Assembly: GCA_039621445.1 (NCBI GenBank)
Contig: CP154954.1
Span: forward strand, 21,128,642 to 21,192,641
From: Euglena gracilis
Lineage: Eukaryota
Length of the DNA stretch: 64,000 bases
Reading direction: 5' to 3'
Shown here: positions 23,038 through 36,352 of the stretch, one piece after another
Layout of the letters: the number at the start of each line of letters is the position of its first letter
How positions within the stretch are numbered: position 1 is the first letter of the stretch
Notes under the pieces: generated by a model
The model's database searches: none
What the model saw: the letters and a program-made list of their open reading frames with translations, nothing else
What the model was told of the DNA's origin: nothing
Made by a program: the position numbers and the translations under genes

Positions 23038-23818
23038 CAGGGGGGGGGATTGATACGGAGGCCTTCGGAAAAATTGCGGAAAAAAAATGCGGAAAGAAAT
23101 TGCGGGACAAAAATGCGGAAATTGCGGAAAAAATGCGGAAAAGAAAAAAAAAAAAAAAAAAAATTGCGGAAAAAACAATGCGGAAATTGCGGAAAAAAAA
23201 TTGCGGAAATTGCAGAAAAAATGCGGAAAATTTTATATCGGGAAGACACATTTCTGCTTGAGAGGACTTAGAAATTTTTTCAACTGTGAGGTTCAGAACA
23301 CCGCAAACACCCACGTCGATGCATGTGCGGAACGCGTGTACTCTGCCCAATCATCCTCAAAACAATCAAGTTGAAGCAAAGGGTAATTGATGCGCAAAAG
23401 GCTCATACAGGCAGACATCTGAAAAAGTCATAATGAAACTGCTGAAATTAATGGTCTGAAAAAACCTTTGAGTTTGCAACTCGTCTTGACGCTGGCATTG
23501 AACAATGCCTTTCACCCCACGCCCTTTCCCTCTCTTCTTTTGTTTGGCAGGTGCACCTGTGAGAAAAGTTGGTAAACTGGGGGAAGAAAACACAAAAACA
23601 ATAGCACACCTGTTGATCCCATTTGAAGAATGGCTTGAACTCATTGGCATCTTCCATCTTCGGTGGGTGGGGAAAAAAATTCTGCGAATGGGAAAAATTG
23701 CGGAAAAAATTGCGGAAATTGCGGGGAAAAAAATGCGAAAAATTGCGGATAACTTGCGATAATTGCGGGAAAATTTCGGAAATTGCGGGAAAATTGTGGA
23801 TATCAATTTCCCCCCCTG
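23038..23818. mobile_element. hAT-like element (CAGGGGGG family) with (aaattgcgga)n subterminal arrays
   Basis: TIR caggggggggg.attgata / tatcaatttcccccctg. Homologous to 31040-31558. Flanks TCCCATG/CCCAATG (5/7). Confidence 0.8.
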
Positions 23819-24090
23819 CCCAATGTCAGCAGGGTTGGAATCCAAATCTGAGGCCATTTACCCACCTCTGCATCTCACTATTTATAATTGTCAGTAGGCA
23901 GGATGCCAGGTCATTGTTGTATGGCAAAGGACCCAACGAGGCACAGGTAAGCGCACTGGTGAACACCGAAGTCAAATCACCTTCGCTGGAAAAAGAAAAT
24001 AAAAAATAAGTGGAATACGTCTCGCGTCGCGCGACACATTGTTTTTTTTCTTTGGGACTCATCTTAAGCTGCCCGTTCTGCAACAGCGAT

Positions 24091-27000
24091 TCAGAGGAGC
24101 CTTTGACACAGGCGCCTGGCTGGGCAGCTGTCGCCACTCAGGCGGGGCTCCTCGCGCTTCTCCTTGGTGCGGAAGCCGGTGTAGCCGCTGGCGTGGCGCT
24201 TCCACATCCAGTCCTGGAGGGACTTGCTGTGGAATTGCTTGAGGTGTATGCTGTGTCGTTTCAGGGCAGGCCTGGTGGCAGCAGAGTGGGCTGGAACCTG
24301 TCATCATCGCGATGACCGCCCCGACCCCAATTCAGTTTGTGTGATTTATGCTATATATGCTATGAATATTATATATATTATGCAGATATTACATTGTTAT
24401 ATGTTATATGCATACATTGCATTGCTTATGCTATGTTGTGTGTGTGTGTGTGTGTGTGCTCATATGATCTGGTGGGCACCACAGCTCCACAAAAAAACAT
24501 GTGGCAATGCTCCAGCCGACCAAGCCGCTGGCCTTTGAGATGTGTGCAGTGCGCAGACCACACTCTGCAAGCCTGGTACCGAATTCTCGCCGCTGCCCTC
24601 CCGCTTCCTCCCGCGCCCCTCACCCCGGCACCAGCAGCGCACATCACATGTGTCGCTGTCGGCCCACAGCCCCCCCCCCTGGGCGATGTTGCAGCCCTCC
24701 ACACAGCCACACCGTCAGCTGGTGCGGGGACGGGAGAGAAGCCAGGAACTTCCCGTTGAGGCGGCCGAAGTGCGTCGCGTTGACCGAGTCGTGGACGCAG
24801 AGGGCGGCCCGGAGGTGGTACGACTCGATAGTCAGCGTGGTGGCGAGGAAAATCCGGCCGCTTTTCATGGCCCCGGCCAGGCCGGAGCCCCAACGCATGC
24901 GGCAACCTCTCTGGCCAACAGAGAGCTGTGAAGCATCAGGAGGCCATGTGAAGAATCTGCCCAGGATACGTATGCATCGACTCGATTGTTAACCTCGCTG
25001 TCACTGGCGGGGGTGACCCTCGTTGATTTCCATTGCTCTGGGCAAAAGATGTCGACTTTAAATGAACATAGCACAGCACCTCCATAATCGCTTTAAAACT
25101 TCTCAGGGGCATTAGGCGTTTGTACAACCAAAAGCAGTACAGATGCGCAGATGTGAGGAAGAGTGAGGGTCCAGGCTGGGCGGAGGACCCGAACATCACC
25201 CACGGCAGCGCCACTGCCCCGGTACCGTTGCGCTCGGCAGCCGCCACCAGGCTTGAGGTGGCCTCTGCTTGGAACGCCGTCCCATCATTGAAAGAATCCC
25301 CCCCACGGAAAAAATAACTTGACCTGACGTGTGTGCCCCCTGTGCCCCTGTGTGCAGGCACCTATGGTCACTTCCCATTTTGGTGCTCATGTTGACACAA
25401 ATTAGCCCAATATTTGCCAAATCAGTGACAAATAGCCCGCAAATTAGCAAAAACTGATCCATAATGGCCAAAATGGGTGTAAAACTGGATATTTGTGGGA
25501 AAATTATCCAAAAATGGGTTTAATTCTTCAAAATATACAAAAAAAATGTCAGCATCACCCAGCATCGCCCAGCAACGCCCTGCATCGCCCAGCATCGCCC
25601 TGCATCACACCACAGCATCCAGCCCGCACCCATCAGAGGTGCTTGGGTTCCGGAGGCTCTAAGCTGCCGATTCCCTTCATCCATTCCCTTTTCTGCCGGC
25701 CAACCACATGCAAGTCGGCTTTGGTCGCCCTGTGTCGGGGCCCTGGTCGGCCGTAGGTGCCCTGCCGGTGTTGGGCTTTGACTTGACATCAAATGTGTGC
25801 CCCACCCCCCTCCACAGAAGCGTTGCAGGCAACCGCCATCGCCAGTGCCAGTGCAACGCCGTCGAAGGAAGGCAAATTCCAATGAAACCATCATGAAGGT
25901 CCAACGGTCCTAACGTCCTACGCCAAAAGACCAGTGCCTCGCCCGGGGAGCCCAATACAAAATGCAACCTGGTCAACAGGCGGAATTCGACGAACCCCAG
26001 GAGTGGTGCCAGGCAGGCACTACCCCCCCCCTGGGGTCGGTGCCTGTTCGTGGGACAAAAAGTGCCAAAAATGGGCTTTTCCGGGCTTCCAGACCCAAAG
26101 GTGCCAGAAGTGCCTTGGCCGAGTGCCCACGCGCTTTTGACCATGTGCCCGACCAACCCACCCCCCCCCCCCGGGGGGTCGGATTTGGGTGCCTTGGAGT
26201 GCCTTCCAAAAATGCTAAAATTCAGCCTGGTCAATGTCAAATGCTGTTTTCACAAATAATTTTCACATAATTTTTATGGTTCTCTTTGTCAGAGAGCAAC
26301 ATTGTGAAACTTTGACAATTTTTTTTGCTCTCACTGCCTCGTGCCTTGCTGGAAACAGGTGGTTGCTTTTCGGTTTTACCTGTGAAGGGGGGGAGGGCAA
26401 AATTACTTGGACACATCTCGTTGACCGTTCCCCGTGCAAAGTCATTTGGGCACGCAAAGCTTAAGGCTTTAGGGCACTGGACACTTATTTGGGAGGGTGG
26501 TCTAAGAACACAAATGAGGTAATTATGAACAGAGCCCAGTTGGGAACGTGGGGTAGCGGGAGGAGTAGTAGAACTCGTCCGGATCCAGGTTGAGCAGCCA
26601 GTCCGCGAATCCCTTAAACCGGTTGAAGCAGAACCGCATGGCTGGGGGGCAGGGCGAGGCCTAAACCCCCCCCACTTATAAACCCCCCGGGGTTAGTAGG
26701 ATCCGGTTTGGTTGGTCGGCCGAAGGGGGGGGTTAGTAAGTGGGGGGGGGGGTTTATAAGTCCCGGAATTGTTGGTGAAAATCCGAACCCCAAAAATGAC
26801 CCCGAAACCCCCCCAAAATGGCAATTTTTGGTAAATTTGGTCAAAAATGGCATTTTTGATGATGGTCGATCTCAAAAAAAGGGCCAAAAATCAGTTTTTG
26901 GGTGGTTTGAGGCCAAAAAAATCGGCCCCGGCGGCTTTCAAGTGGGGGGGGGGGTTAGTAAGTGGGGGGGGGGTTAGGAAGTGGGGGGGGGGTTATATGG

Positions 27001-28507
27001 CCAGCCCAGGGGTCACATGGACAGAAGCTGCCCCGGACGAAAAGGAATCGACAACCATGTGAGTGGGCCACCTCAACCAGGGTGGGGCAAGAGTGGGAGC
27101 CCTGCTGAAAGGGGGGGGGGGTTGTAGGCTGGTGGGTCTGAAGGCCGGGAGGGGGGGTCCATGGGGAGGGGACGGACAGGGGGGGGGGGGCAACAAAAGA
27201 GCACTGGTGCAAGGGGTCCCTGGCACTCGCCACACAGCAAACTGGGCCAGGAGCGAAGTGAGCGCCGGCTATAAACAGACAAGGAGTCTGAGTGCAACTA
27301 AGGGGGTCCATCCCCCACCCACCGCCCGTGAGCTTTCCGTTCAACCCTGGTGGGGGGGTGACTGGCGGGGCCCTGGAGGCAAGAGTGGGTGCCCTGCTGA
27401 AGGTGGGGGGGCTTTGGGCCGGTAGGTCTGAAGGCTGGGGGGTCCACCCCCCCCACCCACCACCCATACGCTTTCCGTTCAACGCTGTTGGGGGGGAGGG
27501 GGGACTGGCGGGGCCCTGGGGGCGACCTGCTCCATCAGCTGCGGGGCGTCGTACACGACGGGGAACAGCGCGGTGGTCACGAGGCCGCGCGCGACGTACG
27601 GCCGCAGGATGCGCTCCGAGGCCTCCACCGACCGCCGCGAGACGTTGGGGGGAGGCCCGGGCTGGCCAGCAGGGACGGAGGTCGCAACGTTTCTCAAACT
27701 CCGGGGAGAAGCTTGTTTCCGAACAGGCGAAATCAGAGCTCGGAGCTGCTTGGTGTGGACCAGGGGTCTTTTTAAGACCGGGGGGGGGGAGGGGGGTAGA
27801 CACCCACCCACCCACCCCCTGGGGTGGGGGCCCCCGGGGGTGGGGGGGAGGTCCCGGGGGAGCAACCCACTTTTGCCCGAAAATGGCAAAAAAACGCTAA
27901 AAATAGCACCTTTTCAAAACTTTCGGCGCCTTCGGCGCTGAAAAAGATATACCCACCAGCCCCTACCTCCACCTCCCCCCAGGGGGTCCAAGGGACCCAC
28001 CCACCTGGGGCCTACCCCCCCGGGGGAGGGGGTCCAAAACTAAAAAAAAAAAACCCTGGTGTGGACACAAACACTCCGGTAATGGGGTTGATTCCACACA
28101 TGTGACCCCGCACAAACAAATGGATATTCAAAAGAAATGGAATGGTTGGAGCGTCGCAACACAGAATGGTTGGAGTGAGCAACACAGACACTTCCGGTTT
28201 GCCGGACAGGTAGAAGCGCCCCAGCGAAGCCAGCCAGGGCCTCGGGCGTGGAGGGTCGTCATGTGGACGAGGAAGAGGTGGTCGATGCCCAGCATCAGGT
28301 TGTACAGCACCCATTCCTGGAGGTAGGGGTCCTCCAGGTACAGCGCGGTGCAGACCGCCACCTTGCAGCGGGCGGCCCGGGTACAGTTTGAGTGGAGGCG
28401 GGGGCAGGACGAGGGGGGGTGGGTTCCATCGACACACCTCTTGTCTGGAATGCCGTCCCGTGCTGCGCGTGGATGTTTGATACCACGTTCTGTGGGTGTT
28501 GCTATGA

Positions 28508-28558
<51 letters not shown>

Positions 28559-31500
28559 CACACACACGCGCGCGCGCACACACACACACACACGCGCGCG
28601 CGCACACACACACACACATACACACACACTGATGTGGTTATTGTTATGCCATTGTGTACCCACGTTGCTTGTGCACGAAAGCCCCGAAGAAAGGCAGGCA
28701 CATAAGCAAGGAAAAGAATAGGCACGGTTTCAGCTGGTGATTTAGGCACTTGCGCTGCGGACGCTGTGGTTGTAACATGTGAGTGGCGGCTGCAGCAAAA
28801 AGTGACGTCTAACAGTCCACCTGCAGCAATGTGGTCGAGGGAAACTCCCTCTGCCTGTGCTGTGCACCGTGTTGGGGTCCACAGAGCCAAGGTGCCGCCG
28901 AAACTCCTCCACCGTGGTGAACCGCGTGGAGCGGACGGAAGCCGCGGCCAAGCACCCACAAACCACCCCGACATGCCCGCTGTGGAGGCTTGCCAGGGAC
29001 AGCGATGGCCGCGGCCTCACGGGGCTCTCGGCGGCCACTGAGTTTGTGCAGCCGTAACCCCCCCCCCCGGGGCCGGCCACCAAAGAGGATCCTGTGATCC
29101 CTCGGGGTCATAAGTTGGGGTTAGAGCAGTGTCTTGCCAAGTGGAGGGAAAGGAGAAGAGAGGAGGGAAAGCACGGGCAAAATGGAACCAGAATCTGCCA
29201 CCAAAGAAAGGAGGGAATCCAAAGATACATATCCACCGGCGATTGCTCAGATTTTATGCCCATCATGAGTTACAATATTGTGTATGTGATGTATTGAATG
29301 CTGTATACATTATGGCAGATTGAATGCACAAAATCAGCACCTGCAGTGGACTCATGCTGCATAGCATCTTCAATGTTCGGCGAAGCGTGGACTTGAGCGG
29401 CAGAGGGCTCCAACTCTGGATTGAGGAAACTGAACACGGCGATGGCAGGGATTCCTGGAATAACAATAAAAGGTCACTTACAGTAAAAAAAGGTTGAAAA
29501 TTTGAAGCACTGCCCTCATAAGTTCCAGGTTGCCCTGAGAATCGCCAACGAGTTCATTTGTGCTGGCACTCCGCAAAATGCGAAGGGTGGGAGCAGGACG
29601 CACCCACGCTGGGACAAGTGCAAAATCGATACACATAAAAAAATATCACAAAAGAAAAAGACATGAACTCATTGAATGTGTTAACTGCTTCCATGTGGCT
29701 CTCCTGTGCATTCAATCTGTACTAATAACGCTGACAGAACAAGTCATGATGTTCCCCCCACCAACCCACAACTGAACCAGATTCGAAACAAAAAAAAACA
29801 CAGTGCCTGTGATTATTAGCTGCTTAGGGACCTCTTTTTTGCCCCCCAAAGCTGCTGACCTCCAATCAAGGGTCCGTGGGGGGGTGCTTCTGAATCCGGA
29901 AGGGTGTTATTCAAGCAAATACAGCAGGATCCAAACAGTTTGCAAACCTGTCACAAGAAGCCCCGGTCGTCGGATGTTGCCCCTGCATAATTGCTGAGGA
30001 GATTCTTAGGGATGGCAGGTGAAAGGAATCACATGGTATTGCTTTTTGTCTCAGACGTTTGGTGACCCCCATCAAGCCAGATTTTAGCTTCTGCCTGTTG
30101 CCCTCTCAGGGGACCAAGGGGCACCCCACGGCAAGTGAAGTGTTTCAGAGATACCCACCCCCCCCCCCCGGGCAATTGTCGCGCGACAGATCGGGCAGCA
30201 CAGAGGGGGGTGACAATTTCCCGGGGTGAGAATTTGGCCAGCACAGAGGGGGGTGACAATTGCCCGGGGGCGTCAATTGCCCGGGGGGGGGGTACCTTTT
30301 TCCCTTGTCATTGTGGGCCAGACGGCATAAGACGTCGGAAATACTCACCCCGTCCGAGAGGACACCAAACCCTGGAGGCGGGGTGGGGGTGGTCCTGGGC
30401 CTCGCGCACCTGGCCGATGGCGAGGAGGAGGGCGCGGAGGACCAGCGCGGCGAAAACGACCGCGAGGGCGGCCAGCAGCCGGCCGCGCGGAGGCGCCGCC
30501 AGGGCGGCGGCACCGCGCGGCGGGGGCCCGGCGGTGGGGCTGGGGAGGGAGGCGCCGCGGCACGGGCGGCGGTGCACATGCCGGGGGTCGGCACGTCCCC
30601 GGTCGGCCGGGTTGCCCTCGAGGTGCCACCGGGCAAGTCGACACACGAGTCAGCACACGAGTCAGCGCACGAGTCAGCACACGAGTCAGCGCACGCCTTG
30701 GTAACACTTCCCTGGGAGTGAGCCCGGGCAGACTGCACCTCACTAAACCCCACCCCCCACTTATAAACCCCCCGCCTCGGGCCGACCAACAAAGCCGGCT
30801 CCTATAAACCCCCCCCTGGGGAAGAAAAATGCAAACCATCGGGGACGATTTTTCCAGCCCCAAACCACCAAAAAAAATGATTTTTGGGCAATTTTTTGAG
30901 ACCCACCATCATCAAAAATGCCATTTTTGACCAAATTTGCCGAAAATTGCCAATTTGGGGGGGGGTTCGGGGTCATTTTTGGGGGTCGGGTTTTCACCAA
31001 CAATTCCGGATCCTATAACCCCCCCCCCCACCTATAAACCAGGGGGGGGGAATAATTGATATCGGAGGCCTTCGGAAAAATTGCGGAAAAATTGCGGAAA
31101 AATTGCGGAAATTGCGGAAAAATTGCGGAAAAATTGATATTGGGTATACACATTTCTGCTTGGGGGGACTTAGAAAATTTTCAATTGTGAGGTTCAGAAC
31201 ACCGCAACACCCACGTCGATGCAAGCGAGCACAAATCAACACGCTTGATGTTCTTTGCACAGGTGGGACGTACCCATCCTGTGACTAGTGGTGCACCTGT
31301 GAGAAAAATTGGTAAACTGGGGGGGGGAACAACAAAACACAATAGCACACCTGTTGATCCATTTGAAGAATGGCTTGAACTCATTGCATCTTCCATCTTC
31401 GGTGGTGGAGAAAAAAATCTTCAAAAAAATGGTGAAAAATTGCGGAAAAATTGCGGAAATTGCGGAAAAATTGCGGAAAATTGCGGAAAATTGCGGAAAT

Positions 31501-31805
31501 TGCGGAAAATTGCGGAAATTGCGGAAAAATTGCGGATATCAATTATTCCCCCCCCCTGTATAAACCCCCCCCCTTCGGCCGACCAACCAAACCGGATCCA
31601 TTAAACCCCAGGGGGTTTATAAGTGGGGGGGGGGGTTTACAGCGCAGTCCACCGCTGGGTGGAAGTGGACATTGGTGGCAGCGTAAGAGTCGAAAAGGCA
31701 GCAGCGGTCCACAAGATTCCGTGTGTCGCGTTTCGCTGTCACACGTTGTAGGGAAGCGTCGAAGCGCGTGAACCAGCCATGCGACTGAAATGGAGCAGCC
31801 GGCAT
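24091..31805 (-). CDS. Glycosyltransferase family 92 / DUF23-like type II membrane protein (multi-exon; ends approximate)
   Basis: TM anchor [23 protein letters not shown] (~30415-30490). [31 protein letters not shown] (28265-28360). [12 protein letters not shown] (27575-27610). [27 protein letters not shown] (DxD motif; across intron 26644-27521). [12 protein letters not shown] (~25185-25220). [17 protein letters not shown] (~24195-24250). Confidence 0.75.
25977..26229. mobile_element. hAT-like MITE (CAGGCKGAATT family; related copies 43098-43373 and partial ~36400-36609)
   Basis: TIR caggcggaatt / aattcagcctg. GTCAA on both sides, possibly an 8-bp CTGGTCAA TSD that lost one ctg. Confidence 0.7.
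26664..26993. mobile_element. TA-flanked MITE (aaccccccccacttataaaccc family), Tc1/mariner-like
   Basis: C-rich/G-rich TIRs bounded by TA. Inverse-oriented homolog at 30746-31637. Confidence 0.7.
27761..28058. mobile_element. hAT-like MITE (CAGGGGTTTTT family)
   Basis: TIR caggggtcttttta / taaaaaaaaaaaaccctg. Perfect TSD GTGTGGAC. Confidence 0.9.
28510..28629. repeat. (CA)n microsatellite
   Basis: Directly visible. Confidence 0.95.
30746..31637. mobile_element. TA-flanked MITE carrying a nested hAT element
   Basis: ta-aaccccacccccacttataaacccc ... ggggtttataagtggggggggggtt-ta. Homologous to 26664-26993. Confidence 0.75.
31040..31558. mobile_element. Nested hAT-like element (CAGGGGGG family), 7-bp TSD
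   Basis: TIR cagggggggggaataattgatatc / gatatcaattattccccccccctg. TATAAAC on both sides. Confidence 0.88.
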
Positions 31806-31893
31806 GGAAGGTGGACCTGATGTATGAGCGGGGAAGGTGGTGATGGCAATGCCACCACCGGGATGAGGAGGTTTGCGGGGGGGGCTGAGGGGA

Positions 31894-34800
31894 TCACAAT
31901 TCCTCCTTCATCTTCTCAGGGTCCATCTTCCGGAGGTCCTCCGCCGTAAACATCTTGAAGCCCATCCCTGCACAGAAATCCATCAGGCATCAGGGGCAGA
32001 TGGTCCATGTCTGGTTGCAGGGGGAGGGGGTCACCTTCGCTTAACCCCCCTCTAAAATGAAACAACCCCCCAAATTTAAACAAAAACCTTTGGGCAAAAC
32101 ATACACCAAAAATCATCTTCCCCACAACAGAAAATGTTTTGGGTTTTCAGGGGAACCGAACCCCCCCCCCGGTCTAAAGGGGGGTCTGATCTCCCCCCCC
32201 CCCCGCAAAACCCAAAACCACTGCTCACTTAATATCCTGAGGTTAGGGCCAAATCCAGAATTAAGCAACCCCTGAAAAAAAATGAAATTCAGGAAAAATA
32301 AACAGAAATTTCCAATCCAACCAACTGTCAGCAACAAAACCACCCAAACTCACAATGATTGCTCATGTGTTTTGAAGGCAAGCACCAGCTCCTTCCGTAA
32401 CTGGAAAATTAGACATTTTTTGTTCATATCCAGTCCAACCCAAAAGTTTGAGAAACCTCTTAGCAGACAGTTGAAACCCAAATGCAAGCAGCAGGCTGCT
32501 TATATTCGGAATTAGACTCACTTCGAGGGAGGGAGGGAAAGGACGCGTACCAGTCTCCCGCTTCATCTTCGCCAGGAGGTCCTGCAGGTCTTTTTCCTTG
32601 AGCTTGTCCTTGGGCTTCGCCCCGTCCGCTTTTGCATTAGCGGACGCCTGTGGGGAGGTGAAGTAGTCAAGTCGGTCACCCTGGAGCCCTCCCCGAGGGG
32701 GACGGCAGACAAACAAACCACATAAAGTACTGTCCCACTGAACCCCGACTTTCAACTTTATTGGAGGGTTCACACAAAACAAGCCCATCCCCATCGTCGT
32801 AGGCAGCCTAAAAGCAACCCTCGGATTTGAGGTGTGACGTTCGGATGTGTTGTGGTCGTAGCATTGCACTGTGTTCGAATTGCAGTCCGACGTTGCACAC
32901 CTTGATTGGCAAGTCCTTGGACTCCCGCACCAGGCGAATCAGATCTGGCTTTTCTCCAGAGGCATACTGCTTCTCATCCACCCCTGGAAAAATGGGTGTA
33001 AAAAAAATAGATGTGAGGCGTGGCTTGCATTTGAATATGCTGCTGTTTTCCCTCCTTTGGTGCTTGCAAGCCAGAGAGGGAGGGATCATTCCAACAAGGA
33101 GAGGTGCAATGAGAAGGAGTAGAAGCACACATCATAAAATGGCTGACAAAATGAGATTTGGGTACGATTATGATAAACCACAAAAATTATCAGCAAACTT
33201 TCCACACAAACAGGCTTCTTCTTGAGACCCCCTGGCATGAGGCATAACCAGGAGGGGGTCGGTCCAGCCCATACCACACCTTACCGACCCCCGGGGGAGT
33301 GGGCCCACGAAAACCAGTCAGTAACTTTTTTAAAAGCCAATCACCCCCTGCTATCCCTGGGGGGGGGGGGGTCGGTCTGGCCAGTCGGCCAAAAATGGCT
33401 GAAAACCAATGGATTTTGATCAAAGCCCCTGAAAAATTATCCGGCTCCTTCAGCGACGGTGGCCACTTTCGGCCATCCTTGGTCGACCCACTGTGGGGGG
33501 GGGGGTCCGGAGCCAAAAACCAGTTAGTCACTCCGAAAAAACCAGTCAGCAGTCCCCCTGGTGAGTGGGTAGTGCCGTTTGGGAAGGCCTGGTGGGGGGT
33601 CAACCCCCCAACCACCACAGCACCCGTGCAAAGGAAAATCATTCGGTGCCGACGGAAAATCCTGACCGAAAAATCGGCACCCGGAAATGCGGGAATGCCT
33701 GGTTGTGCCTCATGCCAGGGGGTCTCAAGAAGAAGCCTGTTTGTGTAGAAAGTTTGCTGATAATTTTTGTGGTTTGTCATAATCGTACCCAAATCCAGGG
33801 GGGGGGGGATGCGCTGGACGGCCCTCGGAAAAAAATGCGCAAAAATGCGCAAAAAATGCGGTGAGTTTATGACATTCCTAAGGGAAAAAGGACTTAGAAA
33901 AATTTCCAACAAAAAACCCAAAATTAAACCAAAATCACCAAAAAAGAGCTGAAATGAAGGCATTTTGGCCAAGAAAAAGCATGACCTCACTCTCCGTTCA
34001 CCATAACCAACAATGTCAGCCATGGTGCCCCTTACTTGTGACCAGGGGAGTAGGATTCCCGCCTTGGTTACGTGTCAATGTGGGGTCTCTGAAACCCCTA
34101 GTATCCTCATCGTCATTGGATGAGTACCCACACCTCATCACCCAAGGGTTTTCTCTTGAGGCGGGTCCCTTGGGTGGGAAAAAAGTGCGAAAATGTGTTC
34201 GTTGGTTACAGAAATGGGTCAGTTGAATGTGGGCAAAATTCGGTGAGCATGTGATTTGGGTGGGAAAATGTGCAAAAATGGAAAAATGTGCAAAATTGGG
34301 TAAAAAATGTGCAAAAAAATGCACAAAAATGAAAAATGTGCAAAATTGGGCAAAAAAATGCGCAAAAAAAATGCGCAAAAAAATGGAAAATGTGCAAAAA
34401 TGGGGGGGGGATGTGCAAAAAATGCGCAAAAAAATGCGCATGAATGAAAAATTGACAAAAATGCGCAAAAATGCGGAAAAATGCGCAGCGCATTTCCCCC
34501 CCTGCCAAATCTCATTTTGTCATCCATTTTATGATGTGATAATTTTTGTGGTTTATCATAATCGTACCCAAATCTCATTTTGTCAGCCATTTTATGATGT
34601 GTGCTTCTACTCCTTCTCATTGCACCTCTCCTTGTTGGAATGATCCCTCCCTCTCTGGCTTGCAAACATAGTGGTAAGGAGGGGGGGTCGGACCCCCCCC
34701 CCCACCAGGACGGGGGTGCGGTCGGACCCCCTACCCACCACCCACAGGGTTTCAGGGATTCCCGCCCAGTCCTGAGGGTGGGGTCGGACACACCTTAAAC

Positions 34801-36352
34801 AGTGGCATGGCCCGACCTTGCCCCCACCCGGGAGGGGGGCAAGGTTCCATATAAGGACAGGTGGGACATCCCCCAGGGAAAGCGCCACCTAAACAGTGGC
34901 GCTGCCCAGGTGACCAATTTTCGCCTCCTGAAATTGGCTGAAAATGTATTATGGGGCAAATTTTTTGGGGGCAAAACTTTGTCGAAATGCAAAAAAAAAG
35001 CGCCAGAAGGAAAATTTTGACTGGGAGTTTTAACTGGGGGTTTAACTGGGAGAAGGGAATTTAACTGGGAGGTTCGGATATCCCCACCCACGAGGAAGGC
35101 GGGGGGGTCCAGATAACCCACCTATGGTCCAAGAGGAGGGTGGGGGTGTTCCCTCTGCCTCATGTGGGTAAATCGCCATCTGTTTTCTGTTTGCAAACGT
35201 TTGTTGTGGCATGGCTTCCTCTTTTGCCTCGCTCTTGATATTTACTAAAAACAGACCAATTTCTGGTTGATGACCAGGCTGCTTTTAATTGGCGGACCCC
35301 CCCAGGTTTGATATAAGAGGAGTACAGGGTAGAGAAGGGGGGGGTGTCCCCCAAGGGGCAAAAGGAGTGGGGGAGGGGGGGGCACCTCGCTCCTTCAGGA
35401 ACTGCCGCAGCTCCTTCGTCTTGTGCTTCCCCAGGTTGTCACCGCCAGGCCTCTTTTTGATAACACAGTCCTTATGCTTGTGCCTGCCCATGGCAGTCAC
35501 ACACCCCACACATGGACCCCGGCATATTTCCCCTGAAAATGCCCATTGGGTCCCCCAGTTGGTGCTGGGGAACCCCCTCCCCCCCACTTAAACCCCCCTC
35601 GGACCGACCAACCAAAAGGACACCTTATAAACTGCCCATCGTGAACAAAAATGAAAACGGTGTGGACATTCTTTTTGCCCTCAAAACTGCCCAGATCCGA
35701 TTTTTTTTTGGAAATTTCACTGACTTCGGACATCATCAAAAATGCAATTTTGGCCAATTTTGGTCAAAATACATTCCTTGGGGGGGGGGGGTATTTTGGT
35801 GGATTTCGACGAACAATTCCTTGACTCATAAAACCTCCCCATTATCAGCATTGTTATTTTTACTGACTTGTGAACCCCCCCCATTATAAAACCCTCTCAT
35901 CCGACCCGCCACACCAGACACAGGAGGGTTACAAATGGGAGGGTTCACCAGTTTACAGCATTACCCGGGGGGGGGGTCAGGGGGAGAGGTGCGGGTTCAA
36001 AATGTACACCACCCCCACCGCACAAAAATCCGAAAAGGCAATTTTCCCACAAATTTATGATCAGGGACCCGAAAATTTTTTTACCGTTTTATTCAAAGAT
36101 TAAAAAAAAAAAATGATGAGGAGACAGGTCAGCAGGTGCCAGAGCAGGAGAAAGGACAATTTAGCGAGCACAGATGGTCAAGGATATTTTCGCGGAGAGG
36201 TCAGAGGGTCGGAAGTACCCGGGGGGGGGGGGGCTTCTGCAAAGAAACGAAGCCTGGTCCCAGTCCAGCTCGACCCCCTGCACCACCGCCACCATCGCCA
36301 GCACCAACACCACGGCCAGCAGCCAGCGCCACCCACAGAGCTGCGGGGCCAT
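31894..36352 (-). CDS. ER-lumen protein with signal peptide, SAP/ARMET(MANF)-C-like domain and C-terminal KEEL (exons 36260-36352, 35386-35440, 32901-32983, 32551-32647, 31894-31967)
   Basis: Spliced: MAPQLCGWRWLLAVVLVLAMVAVVQGVELDWDNLGKHKTKELRQFLKERGVDEKQYASGEKPDLIRLVRESKDLPIKASANAKADGAKPKDKLKEKDLQDLLAKMKRETGMGFKMFTAEDLRKMDPEKMKEEL*. One nonconventional intron (35441-36259) and three GT-AG introns. Confidence 0.85.
33064..34665. repeat. ~190-bp inverted duplication (33064-33252 versus 33698-33795 + 34505-34665)
   Basis: Arms are near-identical reverse complements. The right arm is interrupted by a MITE and carries a ~60-bp tandem duplication. Confidence 0.85.
33796..34504. mobile_element. 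hAT-like element (CAGGGGGG family), 7-bp TSD confirmed by an empty site
   Basis: TIR caggggggggg.atgcgctg / cagcgcatttcccccctg. CCAAATC on both sides; a single copy occurs in the uninterrupted duplicate at ~34561-34580. Confidence 0.9.
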
